Position numbers and translations under genes: made by a program. Below the pieces are notes generated by a model that worked only from the letters and a program-made list of their open reading frames with translations, searched no databases and was not told the origin of the DNA. Below are positions 30,339 to 39,659 of a stretch of DNA of 64,000 nt, one piece after another. The DNA is taken from the NCBI GenBank assembly GCA_002009975.1, contig MTLP01000009.1:71396-135395 (forward strand). Direction: 5' to 3'. Position 1 is the stretch's first letter; every line of letters starts with the position of its first letter. The DNA comes from Thermococcus sp. JdFR-02. GTDB lineage: Archaea > Methanobacteriota_B > Thermococci > Thermococcales > Thermococcaceae.

Positions 30339-30518
30339 ATGAGGAGGGCTCAGGGTGCGGTTGAGTATTTGTTCATGGTAGCGGCTGTATTAATCATAGT
30401 AGCCATCGTAGTAAGATACCTAAGAAATGCTGCAAGCAGTGCTGGTGAAACAATTTCTAGCGGTGTTACTGAGTTAAGTAAGGAGTTAAGTGAGCAATTA
30501 AGCTCAGCAACAGGATGA
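30339..30518 (+). CDS. Class III signal peptide short pilin, copy 1 (59 aa)
   Basis: MRRA|QGAVEYLFMVAAVLIIVAIVV (Q+1/E+5); RBS GGGGTG; start fixed by alignment to copy 2. Confidence 0.88.
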   Translation: MRRAQGAVEYLFMVAAVLIIVAIVVRYLRNAASSAGETISSGVTELSKELSEQLSSATG

Positions 30519-30615
30519 ATCCTCTATTTTCAAGTTTGTTATTTTTAACTATTTCTTTTAACTTGATTATGGTAGTATAATTGTTTGTGATATACTCATT
30601 TTCTTTTAATCTTGT

Positions 30616-30627
30616 CTCAAATTTGCG
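30616..30627. promoter_or_regulatory. Semi-palindromic box upstream of pilin-2 TATA
   Basis: CTCAAATTTGCG, 8 nt before TATAAAAA. Confidence 0.55.
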
Positions 30628-30686
30628 TAAAAAACTATAAAAATCAGCTGAAACCAAAAGAATATTAAAGCATTGGAGGTGTTTGT

Positions 30687-30866
30687 ATGAGGAGGGCTCA
30701 GGGTGCGGTTGAGTATTTGTTCATGGTAGCGGCTGTATTAATCATAGTAGCCATCGTAGTAAGATACCTAAGAAGCTCCGCCAGCAGTGGGGGAGGAGCA
30801 ATTGAGAGCGGTGTTACTGAGTTAAGTAAGGAGTTAAGTGAGCAATTAAGCTCAGCAACAGGATGA
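30687..30866 (+). CDS. Class III signal peptide short pilin, copy 2 (59 aa); missing from ORF track
   Basis: MRRAQGAVEYLFMVAAVLIIVAIVVRYLRSSASSGGGAIESGVTELSKELSEQLSSATG; RBS GGAGGTG. Confidence 0.88.
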   Translation: MRRAQGAVEYLFMVAAVLIIVAIVVRYLRSSASSGGGAIESGVTELSKELSEQLSSATG

Positions 30867-30886
30867 AAGTGAACCTTAAATCTTTT

Positions 30887-33088
30887 TTAGTCTTTTAATA
30901 TGATACTCACAAAACCAAATGGTTTATTACTTTTCAATTTTATAATGTAGAAGGTATTTGATTTAAATGAATATTCAAAATTCTGTATTTCTTGTGTTAT
31001 TTCTCCAATGACATTTCCATTTATTGTAATTTGAATTGTTTGATTTTGTTCTGCAAGAAGAACTTTGAATATAATCTCATTGTACGATTTTGTAGGAACA
31101 AAGACAATATACCCCTGTCCATTAGGTGCTAATGCATAACTCCATCTATGTAGAAGTACTTCTCTTATTACAACAGGATTTTTAAGCACGAATCCATGTA
31201 TTAAATATTTCCAATCTTTAAAGTGTGTTGCAATAATTGTATTTTTTGGCAATTTGAAATGGGACATTACTTTGTTTATTAAATGCTGATCCGTTTTATC
31301 CCACTTCATTGATAAATCATAAATCCAAATATTTGATTCAAAGTATATTAATTTATACTTTCCAAGAAAATTAAGAGGATTCAGCGGAGATACTCTAAGA
31401 TCTCCAATTCCTCTCGAATCAATGTACAAAAGCACATCAGTAGTGGTCACATTTTTTTCATTAACAAATTCAATTTCTTTTAAGGTGAAGATTGGAATCC
31501 ACGCTCCGGAATCATGGAACTTCGTCACCAGTACTTTGTTAGTCGGATAAGTATTAATTAAGTCGAATATATTAAGGATTTTGCTATCTATTACACTTGC
31601 TTTTTCATTGGAATAATTAATTATGTTTACATAGAACATAGGAAGCACTAAACCGATAATAAGAATTGATGTTACTTTTTTTATGCCAATGATCTTCTTA
31701 ACATTTTCATAAATAATAGACGCACCAATACCTTGGAATATTGGAAGTATTGGTGTTAAAAGTAGATACACTCGCTCAGAATTCCAGATGGCGGAATAAT
31801 AGGGAATATTAACATGAAAATAAATCTTATTTAGGATTAGAAACAAAGCATAGATAATAGTTGTAAGTAGGGAGAAATAAGGTAATAAGTAGGTGTTATT
31901 GCTTTCCTTAACTAAGGGGTATAAGATGCCAACAAAAAAGGAAATTCCCAAAAATAGCTGTCCATTATAGATAAATGTATCTTTTAAGATTTCAAGAAAC
32001 CAGTGCATATTGTCCTTAAGTGCATACTTTGGAAAATTAGAGATAGGAGCGGAGTATGTGGACATATTAATGCTCATAGGGAATTCTAAAAGATAATAAA
32101 TCAAAAAACTTCCAAGAAGCTGTGTTACAAATATGCCAATATAAAAGCTTGCACTTTTTCTGTCCGTGAATGTGTATAAGAATGCAAGCATTATTGCATA
32201 TATCTGGAAAAGTAAATATGAATAAGGATGGACAATCAGCATACTAGTTACGGATAATAAGATCAAAAAAACATGATTATAACTTCTTTCATTTTGAAAT
32301 ATAAGGTTGTATAGAAAAATAGAAACTAGGAATAAATAATAATTAAAAAAAGCAGGAAGAAGAGGATAATTGAGATAGTAATAGTACAAATAAGAGAGTG
32401 GTGTTATTATTGTTGCGAATATTCCTGCATTTTTGTTAAAAATATTTTTAGTGACTAAATAGGTAGTTAATGGAAGGATAAACCAAATAAAGAGTTTTAA
32501 AATTAACATAGCTTGTCCGATATTATTTCTACCTACTAAACATATCCAAGCAATTATAGAATGATAACCTGCAGGATAAGTCTTTATTCTAGGATTTGCA
32601 TAATTCGGAATATTTTGTATAAACAGAGTATTCTCTTTTAAAATTTCTAAAACTTTATAAGCATGAAAGACTGGATCTTTATGTGCGTATGCAGGTATTT
32701 GTGCAAAAGGTATTTTAAGCCCAACAGCGAGAAATACTGCTAAAATTAGCCAAATAATAGTTATTTTGTCCAATTCTTTTAAATTGACCTTAATCTCTCT
32801 CTTTGATAAAATAACAGTCAAAATTGCCATTATTGTGTAAGAATGTTCTAAAGAAACATCTAACCAGCTTAGAATATGCATTAGAATGATCACAATCCCT
32901 AAACCAATTGCGGGGGCAATTGCTGCCTTTTCAATTAAATCGAAATCTTTGTTGCTAAGTATCAAAAATCCAAAATACCAAGGCAGGAGAAGAGATAAGT
33001 AAGGGCTTGATTTAGTAAGCAGTATTACTAGTATTGAAAATATTAAGAGCTTAATTCTAAGATTCAGTAAATTGGATTGTAATTTCAT
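30887..33088 (-). CDS. Polytopic membrane protein, probable GT-C glycosyltransferase (DUF6541-like)
   Basis: More than 12 TM segments; loop DPVFH...YPAGYH; DSGAWIP. Confidence 0.6.
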   Translation of the reverse strand: MKLQSNLLNLRIKLLIFSILVILLTKSSPYLSLLLPWYFGFLILSNKDFDLIEKAAIAPAIGLGIVIILMHILSWLDVSLEHSYTIMAILTVILSKREIKVNLKELDKITIIWLILAVFLAVGLKIPFAQIPAYAHKDPVFHAYKVLEILKENTLFIQNIPNYANPRIKTYPAGYHSIIAWICLVGRNNIGQAMLILKLFIWFILPLTTYLVTKNIFNKNAGIFATIITPLSYLYYYYLNYPLLPAFFNYYLFLVSIFLYNLIFQNERSYNHVFLILLSVTSMLIVHPYSYLLFQIYAIMLAFLYTFTDRKSASFYIGIFVTQLLGSFLIYYLLEFPMSINMSTYSAPISNFPKYALKDNMHWFLEILKDTFIYNGQLFLGISFFVGILYPLVKESNNTYLLPYFSLLTTIIYALFLILNKIYFHVNIPYYSAIWNSERVYLLLTPILPIFQGIGASIIYENVKKIIGIKKVTSILIIGLVLPMFYVNIINYSNEKASVIDSKILNIFDLINTYPTNKVLVTKFHDSGAWIPIFTLKEIEFVNEKNVTTTDVLLYIDSRGIGDLRVSPLNPLNFLGKYKLIYFESNIWIYDLSMKWDKTDQHLINKVMSHFKLPKNTIIATHFKDWKYLIHGFVLKNPVVIREVLLHRWSYALAPNGQGYIVFVPTKSYNEIIFKVLLAEQNQTIQITINGNVIGEITQEIQNFEYSFKSNTFYIIKLKSNKPFGFVSIILKD

Positions 33089-35315
33089 TAGAAATCACCG
33101 TTAATATTAATTTTGTATCTTTTTCTCTTGTTATGAATTTTCCAGAAATTTTAAGTGTACCTCCTTTTAGTGAGAACAGTCTTATAATGTTAACCTCATT
33201 TTTTGGTAATGTTATTATCGAATATAACTCTCCATCTAGTTCTATTATCTTGCTAACTCCTTCAAGCTCTATTACGAATTCTAAACCATTAGGAATGTTA
33301 TTTATTTTTATTTTGTTCCCGGTCTTATTTAGTCTTAATGCACTTATTTTTGAATCGTTTGAGTAAAACGTGAGATTGTACGTGTTATTGCTGATAAGGT
33401 AAATTCTACAACGTCTATTAAATATGACATTTCCAATTTGTGGGTAGATATTAATCAATTTGTAATCTTTGTTTAAGATTTCAAGTTTTCCCCACCAGCT
33501 GTGGAACGTCAATATTTTTGGCTTTGCTTCTTTTATGGAATATATCTCAATCACTTCTCCCTTTTTATTGTAGGAGTCTCCATAGAGTATTGAATAATTT
33601 GCTCTTAAATTTTGAATCAAATTCATGTATTCTCCTCTCAACTTATACTGGGAAACAAAAGCATAAGCCCACGTACTTACTATAATGTGATTAATGCCTT
33701 TTTCTTTAACCTTTTCAATAAGTTCTGAGGAGTTCATTCCATTTAGAATTAAACCAAAGTTATCAATATAATAAGGCACAGTGTCCAAGTTTAAATAAAA
33801 GTTATTCATTGGATTTATAGAGTATATTTTTCTCCCAAAATTGTTGCTATAAATATACTGTCTCAGATCTTCCCTTAGTTCTTTAGCATGAGGAGAGGAG
33901 GCTATTTTTAACTCTCCTTGTGGAGCCACAAAAGCAAGTGCATAATCTGCTATACCAAGGAAAAGTAGTACAGATACTGTTATTGCAAGAGCTTGTCTTC
34001 TGTTGAGATTCATTTTTGAAAAATAATATGCAGCCAGAATATATAAAACTAACAATGTGGCTGTTAGAAATCTCTCATTCACTATGGCAGGGGTTAGGAT
34101 ATATATAACGAGGCTAGTTAAGAACAAAAAGGATAGAGCATCTGTTATCTTGTCCTCTTTTACCTTAATCTCTTTTGAGAACTTGAAGAGAAGTATAAGG
34201 AGTATTAAAATAATTGTTAAATCAAATAATAAAAATTCAAGTTCGCTTGCTTGTACCTTGCTTAGTTTATCCCCTAAAAAGTCAAAGAAATTAAGAACCG
34301 GATTGTATCTTCCTCCCTGGATTCCATAAGTTTGGGTGATGTATGAAGGGCTTACAAGAATACCAAAGATACCCTCTATTAGAAGCTTTGGTAAAAGTAC
34401 AAAAAAACCAAGCTTTAATGGAATTTTAATATTTAAAGCTAGGATTTTTATAATTTTAAAAAGTTTATCAACATAAGAAATCTTGTAGACATATAAAATT
34501 AAAAATCCCCAGATCAGCAGAAAAATAGCTATTGGGACAATGTTTCCTACCACAGTTGCTTCGTGTAAAATTGGCACTATGAAAACTTTTCTAACGAACT
34601 CTGTTGGATAAAGTGAGACGGTAATAATCATTAGAATGGCTGTTGCAGTTAAGGAGAATAAAACGAAGAATACTTGTTTTTTGTTCAATACAACACCTAT
34701 CACATTTTTTACATAATTCCATAACTCTGGAAAGAGATAGAAGTTTATGGTTAGGAATAAACCTACTGTAAAAGGAATTGCAATAAACTTCACTGCTGTT
34801 GCAAATCCCGCAAAAAAGAGTGAATAATACGCATAAACCAGTTTGTTAGTTTTTACAAGCTTGATAAGATAGTAGATCGAAAGCAATACAAAAGGTTCCA
34901 TGATACTTTCAAACATTACTAAGGTGTTTACATGAACGAGATTTGGTTCAAGAGAGAGAATCAATGCAAGAAAGATGCCGAGTTTTTTATCTTTTAACTC
35001 TTTTCCAATATAGTATGCAATTAAAACTGACAGGGATCCAAAAAGTAATGACAATCCTCTACCAGCTATATAATTCATCCCAAAAATTCTAAGCCATAAA
35101 GCGAGCAGATAATAATAAAAGGGTGGGTGGACAGCAAAGATATCTCGATAAGGGAGATACCCTTGGTTGATTAGTCTAGCAATTAGAAGATATGTGCCCT
35201 CATCGTAATCCCAATATTCGTTCATTGGGGTTAATAGTGGAAGTCTAATTAATGTGTATAGGAGTAGAATAGCCCCAACACCGAGCAACTCCCATTTATT
35301 CTCTTTAATATCCAT
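33057..35315 (-). CDS. ArnT/PMT-like (GT39/GT83) GT-C glycosyltransferase
   Basis: DYDEGTY..IAR..GYLPYRDIFAVHPP.YYY, conserved R, E, KF, RF; C-terminal soluble domain. Confidence 0.82.
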   Translation of the reverse strand: MDIKENKWELLGVGAILLLYTLIRLPLLTPMNEYWDYDEGTYLLIARLINQGYLPYRDIFAVHPPFYYYLLALWLRIFGMNYIAGRGLSLLFGSLSVLIAYYIGKELKDKKLGIFLALILSLEPNLVHVNTLVMFESIMEPFVLLSIYYLIKLVKTNKLVYAYYSLFFAGFATAVKFIAIPFTVGLFLTINFYLFPELWNYVKNVIGVVLNKKQVFFVLFSLTATAILMIITVSLYPTEFVRKVFIVPILHEATVVGNIVPIAIFLLIWGFLILYVYKISYVDKLFKIIKILALNIKIPLKLGFFVLLPKLLIEGIFGILVSPSYITQTYGIQGGRYNPVLNFFDFLGDKLSKVQASELEFLLFDLTIILILLILLFKFSKEIKVKEDKITDALSFLFLTSLVIYILTPAIVNERFLTATLLVLYILAAYYFSKMNLNRRQALAITVSVLLFLGIADYALAFVAPQGELKIASSPHAKELREDLRQYIYSNNFGRKIYSINPMNNFYLNLDTVPYYIDNFGLILNGMNSSELIEKVKEKGINHIIVSTWAYAFVSQYKLRGEYMNLIQNLRANYSILYGDSYNKKGEVIEIYSIKEAKPKILTFHSWWGKLEILNKDYKLINIYPQIGNVIFNRRCRIYLISNNTYNLTFYSNDSKISALRLNKTGNKIKINNIPNGLEFVIELEGVSKIIELDGELYSIITLPKNEVNIIRLFSLKGGTLKISGKFITREKDTKLILTVISNEITIQFTES

Positions 35316-35319
35316 GCTT

Positions 35320-37554
35320 TCACCCCATAGAAAACTTAACTTCTTTTCCGTGAATTCTGATCTCTCTACCGGAGATTTTTGTAATTATTAAGTTCTCCCC
35401 ATCTATTTTTATTTTTTGGTCTCCAATGATAACAATCAAACTGTCAAATCTTCTTGTTTCTCCTGTTTTTATTAGTGTATTATCCTCATCAAGTAAGCTA
35501 ATATCGGTGAAAAACCTCAATGTAATAGAAAGTGGGTTTATAAATTCAAATTTTATCCCCTCTTTACTGAGTATGGCTGAGAATTCTATGCTATTTGCCT
35601 CATCGGAGTATTGAGTTATTTTATAGGTATCTTGTTCTATTTTAACGATTTTAGTCTTAAAGTTATAAGATATGTTGTTCTTATTTACAAAAAGCTCTCC
35701 AAGGGTTCCATTAAAAGAAAGCAACAGATTTCCAGAATATGATTTGATTTTTATTGGGAATAAGCTTTCTTCAAGTTTGTAAAGTTCAATAATATCTCCT
35801 ACCCGATATGCGCTTGCATATATGATAGTGTGGTTATTAAGCAAAGTCGTTGATATTGCCTTCAATCTTTCTCTTTGCTTTTGGCTTGACCAGACTATAT
35901 AGCACCAACTGCTGCAAATGAAATAATCAATATTTTCTTCCCTTAAAATGGAAAACAATGCAATTTCATTCATATCTTTAAGTACTATGAGTCCATAGAG
36001 GTCTAAGTATTTGGGCGTCGTATTTAGATTTAGATAATAAGTGTTCATAGGATTTGCAGAGTAGAATTTTCCCTCAATACCGCTCTCTTTTAGATAGATC
36101 GATAATTCATCTCGCAACTCTTTTGAATAACCACCATACTTTCGTATTATTGCTCTCTGCTTGGAATACCTGTATATAATCCCAAAATCAGCTATTGAAA
36201 GGAATAACACTCCAGCTAACACAAGAGCTATTGCCTGTTTTTTTGTTAATTTAACACTTAAAAGAAAGTCAAGCAGTATTAGGTACAAAATCACCCACAT
36301 TGGAATGAGGAACTTCTCAAATGGGACTATTGGGGCTATGAAGAAGTAAACAAAGAAGCTAACTAAAAAGAGGAGTGTTAATTTTTGCCGAATTGCACTT
36401 TTTTGAGAAGATATCTTAAACAAACTCACTATTAAAGTAAATAAGAGCAAAAGAAAGAGAGGAAACATAAAGAGTAAATCATCCAGTTCTCCAGAGGATA
36501 TATTGTGGATAATGCTTCCAATATACCAAAAGAGGTTAACTATTGGCAACATTCTTGTGCCTTGAATCAAATATGTTTGGCTGATATATTTGGGAGTTAT
36601 GAATAATCCGAAGAGTCCTTCTATAATAATTTTTGGTAAAAGTAAAATAGCGCCATATTTTAGGACTTCTTTGATATCCCTAATAATCAGAACTGCACTT
36701 TTTAAGAAGGTACTAATAAATCTTAATCTAAACAATATTGTAGTGAAGATGAGCCATATCAAAATTAAAAGAATGGAAGGCAAGATTTGGTAAAAATTAT
36801 CTAGTTCATAAAATCCGGGCACAACCATTATCTCTTTAGTTGCTTCTATTGGAAGTAAAATAAAAATAGAGGATGCAATCAAAATCATAAGAATATACGC
36901 TATCGTGATTACTTTTATTTGTTCTTTATTTAGCAGAATTTGCTTTGTTTTTGCTAAATATTCATGGAGTTTTTTACTTTTAAAAATAAGCAATGCCAGA
37001 TAAATGGAAATGGCATAGGGTATTATTGTAAATTTGACTGTAGAACCCAAACCGACTAAAAATAGAGAAAGGTATGCATATTTCTCTTTTGTTGTTTTTA
37101 GGTACTTAATGAAATAATAGAGCGAAAAAAGAACAAAAAACTCTATGAAAGTTTCTTGAACTGCTAAGAAATTTGTAAAAAGTAAAATGGGATTCATGGC
37201 TAAAAATCCGGCGAATATTATTCCCAATTTCTCGTTTTTTACTTCTCTTCCAATATAATAGGCGAGTATTAAGGAGACGAACCCTAAGGATACTGAGAAC
37301 AATCGTCCGCTGATATAATTGTCTCCGAATAATCTAAATATCAATGCTAGAATATAGTAATACAAAGGCGGATGAACGGCAAAGATGTCCCGATAGGGGA
37401 GATACCCTTGGTTGATTAGTCTAGCAATTAGAAGATATGTGCCCTCATCGTAATCTACATTTTCATCGAAATTATGTAAAACTAAATATGTTCGCGTAAA
37501 TAAGTAGAATAGGATTATAACAAGGAATGCAATAATAACTTTTCTATTTTTCAC
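35320..37554 (-). CDS. ArnT/PMT-like (GT39/GT83) GT-C glycosyltransferase, paralog
   Basis: Same DYDEGTY...HPP motif and topology as neighbour. Confidence 0.82.
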   Translation of the reverse strand: MKNRKVIIAFLVIILFYLFTRTYLVLHNFDENVDYDEGTYLLIARLINQGYLPYRDIFAVHPPLYYYILALIFRLFGDNYISGRLFSVSLGFVSLILAYYIGREVKNEKLGIIFAGFLAMNPILLFTNFLAVQETFIEFFVLFSLYYFIKYLKTTKEKYAYLSLFLVGLGSTVKFTIIPYAISIYLALLIFKSKKLHEYLAKTKQILLNKEQIKVITIAYILMILIASSIFILLPIEATKEIMVVPGFYELDNFYQILPSILLILIWLIFTTILFRLRFISTFLKSAVLIIRDIKEVLKYGAILLLPKIIIEGLFGLFITPKYISQTYLIQGTRMLPIVNLFWYIGSIIHNISSGELDDLLFMFPLFLLLLFTLIVSLFKISSQKSAIRQKLTLLFLVSFFVYFFIAPIVPFEKFLIPMWVILYLILLDFLLSVKLTKKQAIALVLAGVLFLSIADFGIIYRYSKQRAIIRKYGGYSKELRDELSIYLKESGIEGKFYSANPMNTYYLNLNTTPKYLDLYGLIVLKDMNEIALFSILREENIDYFICSSWCYIVWSSQKQRERLKAISTTLLNNHTIIYASAYRVGDIIELYKLEESLFPIKIKSYSGNLLLSFNGTLGELFVNKNNISYNFKTKIVKIEQDTYKITQYSDEANSIEFSAILSKEGIKFEFINPLSITLRFFTDISLLDEDNTLIKTGETRRFDSLIVIIGDQKIKIDGENLIITKISGREIRIHGKEVKFSMG

Positions 37555-37584
37555 CTCTCATCACCTAGGAAGGAGATTTAAGTG

Positions 37585-37878
37585 TTATACCTCTTCCTCA
37601 CACTCACAGGGATTCTTTCTACAGTATGGGCATTTATTGGAATATTTCTTTAGGACAGCTTCCTCTAAATCAATTTCAAGAATATTAGCTAAGCTTACAA
37701 GCCAAGCAAAAACATCTGCAAACTCTTCCTCTAAGGAATCAATATCACCTTTCCTCAAACCTTCGGCTAATTCTCCAACTTCTTCAACAAGCCATAAGAA
37801 AGTTTTCTCGGCACCTCTCTTTGAGTCTCTGTGATAATAAATATTTCTTATCATCTTCTGAAACTCTTTTATATGCAT
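37585..37878 (-). CDS. MazG-like nucleotide pyrophosphohydrolase
   Basis: EEVGELAE..EEEFADVFAWL.SLAN; C-terminal CPYC..PCEC. Confidence 0.88.
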   Translation of the reverse strand: MHIKEFQKMIRNIYYHRDSKRGAEKTFLWLVEEVGELAEGLRKGDIDSLEEEFADVFAWLVSLANILEIDLEEAVLKKYSNKCPYCRKNPCECEEEV

Positions 37879-37893
37879 TTTCCCACCCCTACG

Positions 37894-37955
37894 TTTAGCT
37901 CAGCTCCAAATAATCATCACTTTTCAGCGCAATTCGCTTTCATCATTGCCTAAAT
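37894..37955 (-). ncRNA. Box C/D methylation guide sRNA
   Basis: Minus strand: ATGATGA-AAGCGAATTGCG-CTGA-AAA-GTGATGA-TTATTTGGAG-CTGA (37946 to 37900); all four boxes canonical. Confidence 0.9.
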
Positions 37956-38060
37956 TAACTCTAACTTCAAAATTTTAAAGTTAACCCATCAAAAAGGATT
38001 TAACTACTAAAAGCTATAAAACATAGTCAAGAAATTTTAGAGCATATGGGGTGAGTAAAA

Positions 38061-38297
38061 ATGTTTGAAGGAGTAGTTCTTTTGGTTTTGCTTGTGCTGG
38101 CTGGCTATCTTGTAATGAAATTAACCCTTGCAATACTTAAGTGGCTTGCAATTAATACCATAACTGGTTTAATCTTAGTAGGAATTCTAAATTTCCTTGG
38201 AATAACTCACATAGAGCTTAACTTGATTAACTTTTTGATTATTGCTGTTGGCGGTGTTGTAGGTGTTTTTATCTTGATAATACTGTCATTTCTTTAA
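38061..38297 (+). CDS. BofA-family small membrane protein
   Basis: AINTITGLILVGILN...IIAVGGVVG. Confidence 0.72.
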   Translation: MFEGVVLLVLLVLAGYLVMKLTLAILKWLAINTITGLILVGILNFLGITHIELNLINFLIIAVGGVVGVFILIILSFL

Positions 38298-38397
38298 GTT
38301 TCCCTTAGCTCTTCAATTTTGTTTATGGAAATACTTTACCAAATCTTTATAAATTGAATTTTTTAAGTCTTTAGCGGGAGAGAAAAGAGGAATTGAG

Positions 38398-39657
38398 GTG
38401 ATGCTCATGTCTCACACTTCAGCTGAAATGTATGAGCTAAAGAAAAAGGTTGAGGAATTAAAGAAAATAAGGGGTAGAGGTACGGAGCTTGTTTCTCTTT
38501 ATATTCCCGCGGGGTATGACTTAAATAAGATCATGCAGCAGCTTAGAGAAGAGTATGGAACTGCACAGAACATTAAATCAAAGACAACTCGAAAAAATGT
38601 CCTTGGAGCTTTGGAAAGAGCGATGCAACATTTAAAACTTTACAAGCAAACTCCCCCCACAGGATTAGCTCTTTTTGTTGGAAACGTTAGTGAGCAAGAG
38701 GGAGTTACGGATATAAGGGTTTTTGCAATAGTTCCTCCAGAACCATTAAATGTTCGCCTTTATCGATGTGATCAAACGTTTGTTACAGAGCCTTTGGAAG
38801 AGATGCTCAGGGTCAAAGAGGCTTATGGACTAATTACTGTAGAGAAAAATGAAGCTACGATTGGCGTTTTAAGGGGAAAGAGGATTGATGTTATAGATGA
38901 CCTCACTTCCAACGTTCCAGGAAAGACAAGAGCGGGTGGTCAATCTGCAAGAAGATATGAGCGAATTAGGGAGCAGGAAACCCATGAGTTCATGAAGAGA
39001 ATTGCACAACATGCCAATGAAGCTTTCTTACCTCTTTTGGAAAAAGGGGAGCTTAAGGGGATCATTATTGGCGGTCCAGGACCTACCAAGGATGAGTTTG
39101 TTGAAGGAGATTACCTTCACCATGAGCTTAAAAAGAGGATCATAGGTGTCGTTGATATAAGCTATCATGGTGAATACGGATTAAAAGAACTTGTAGAAAA
39201 AGCAAGTGATATCTTAGCAGAGCAGGAAGTTATAAAAGAAAAGAAGCTCATTAAAGAGTTCTTTAAACACCTAGTCAAAGATACCGGGCTCATTACTTAT
39301 GGTGAAAAAGAAGTCAGGAATGCACTTCAATTGGGAGCTGTTGATACGCTTTTAATTAGTGAAGGTTATGATTTAGTTAGGGTTAAGGCAAAATGTAACA
39401 ACTGTGGCTGGGAAGAGCTAAAAACCATGCATGAAAATGAATATGAAGTTTTTAAGAGACAATTTAAGACTTGTCCAAAGTGTAGAAGCCAAAACATAAG
39501 CTTTGAAAAGTGGGATGTTGCAGAGGAATTAATAAAAATGGCTGAAGAGAGCGGCTCAAATGTTGAAATAATCTCCCTTGATACTGAGGAAGGACAGCAG
39601 TTTTACAAGGCTTTTGGTGGCTTAGGTGCCCTCCTTAGATATAAGATTCACCAGTGA
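38398..39657 (+). CDS. prf1: Peptide chain release factor aRF1
   Basis: [25 protein letters not shown]. Confidence 0.96.
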   Translation: MMLMSHTSAEMYELKKKVEELKKIRGRGTELVSLYIPAGYDLNKIMQQLREEYGTAQNIKSKTTRKNVLGALERAMQHLKLYKQTPPTGLALFVGNVSEQEGVTDIRVFAIVPPEPLNVRLYRCDQTFVTEPLEEMLRVKEAYGLITVEKNEATIGVLRGKRIDVIDDLTSNVPGKTRAGGQSARRYERIREQETHEFMKRIAQHANEAFLPLLEKGELKGIIIGGPGPTKDEFVEGDYLHHELKKRIIGVVDISYHGEYGLKELVEKASDILAEQEVIKEKKLIKEFFKHLVKDTGLITYGEKEVRNALQLGAVDTLLISEGYDLVRVKAKCNNCGWEELKTMHENEYEVFKRQFKTCPKCRSQNISFEKWDVAEELIKMAEESGSNVEIISLDTEEGQQFYKAFGGLGALLRYKIHQ

Positions 39658-39659
39658 AG

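Noticed and set aside
30466-30657. 63-aa minus-strand ORF between the pilins
   Set aside because: Spans the pilin-1 3' end, T-rich terminator-like DNA and the pilin-2 promoter; no coding signal
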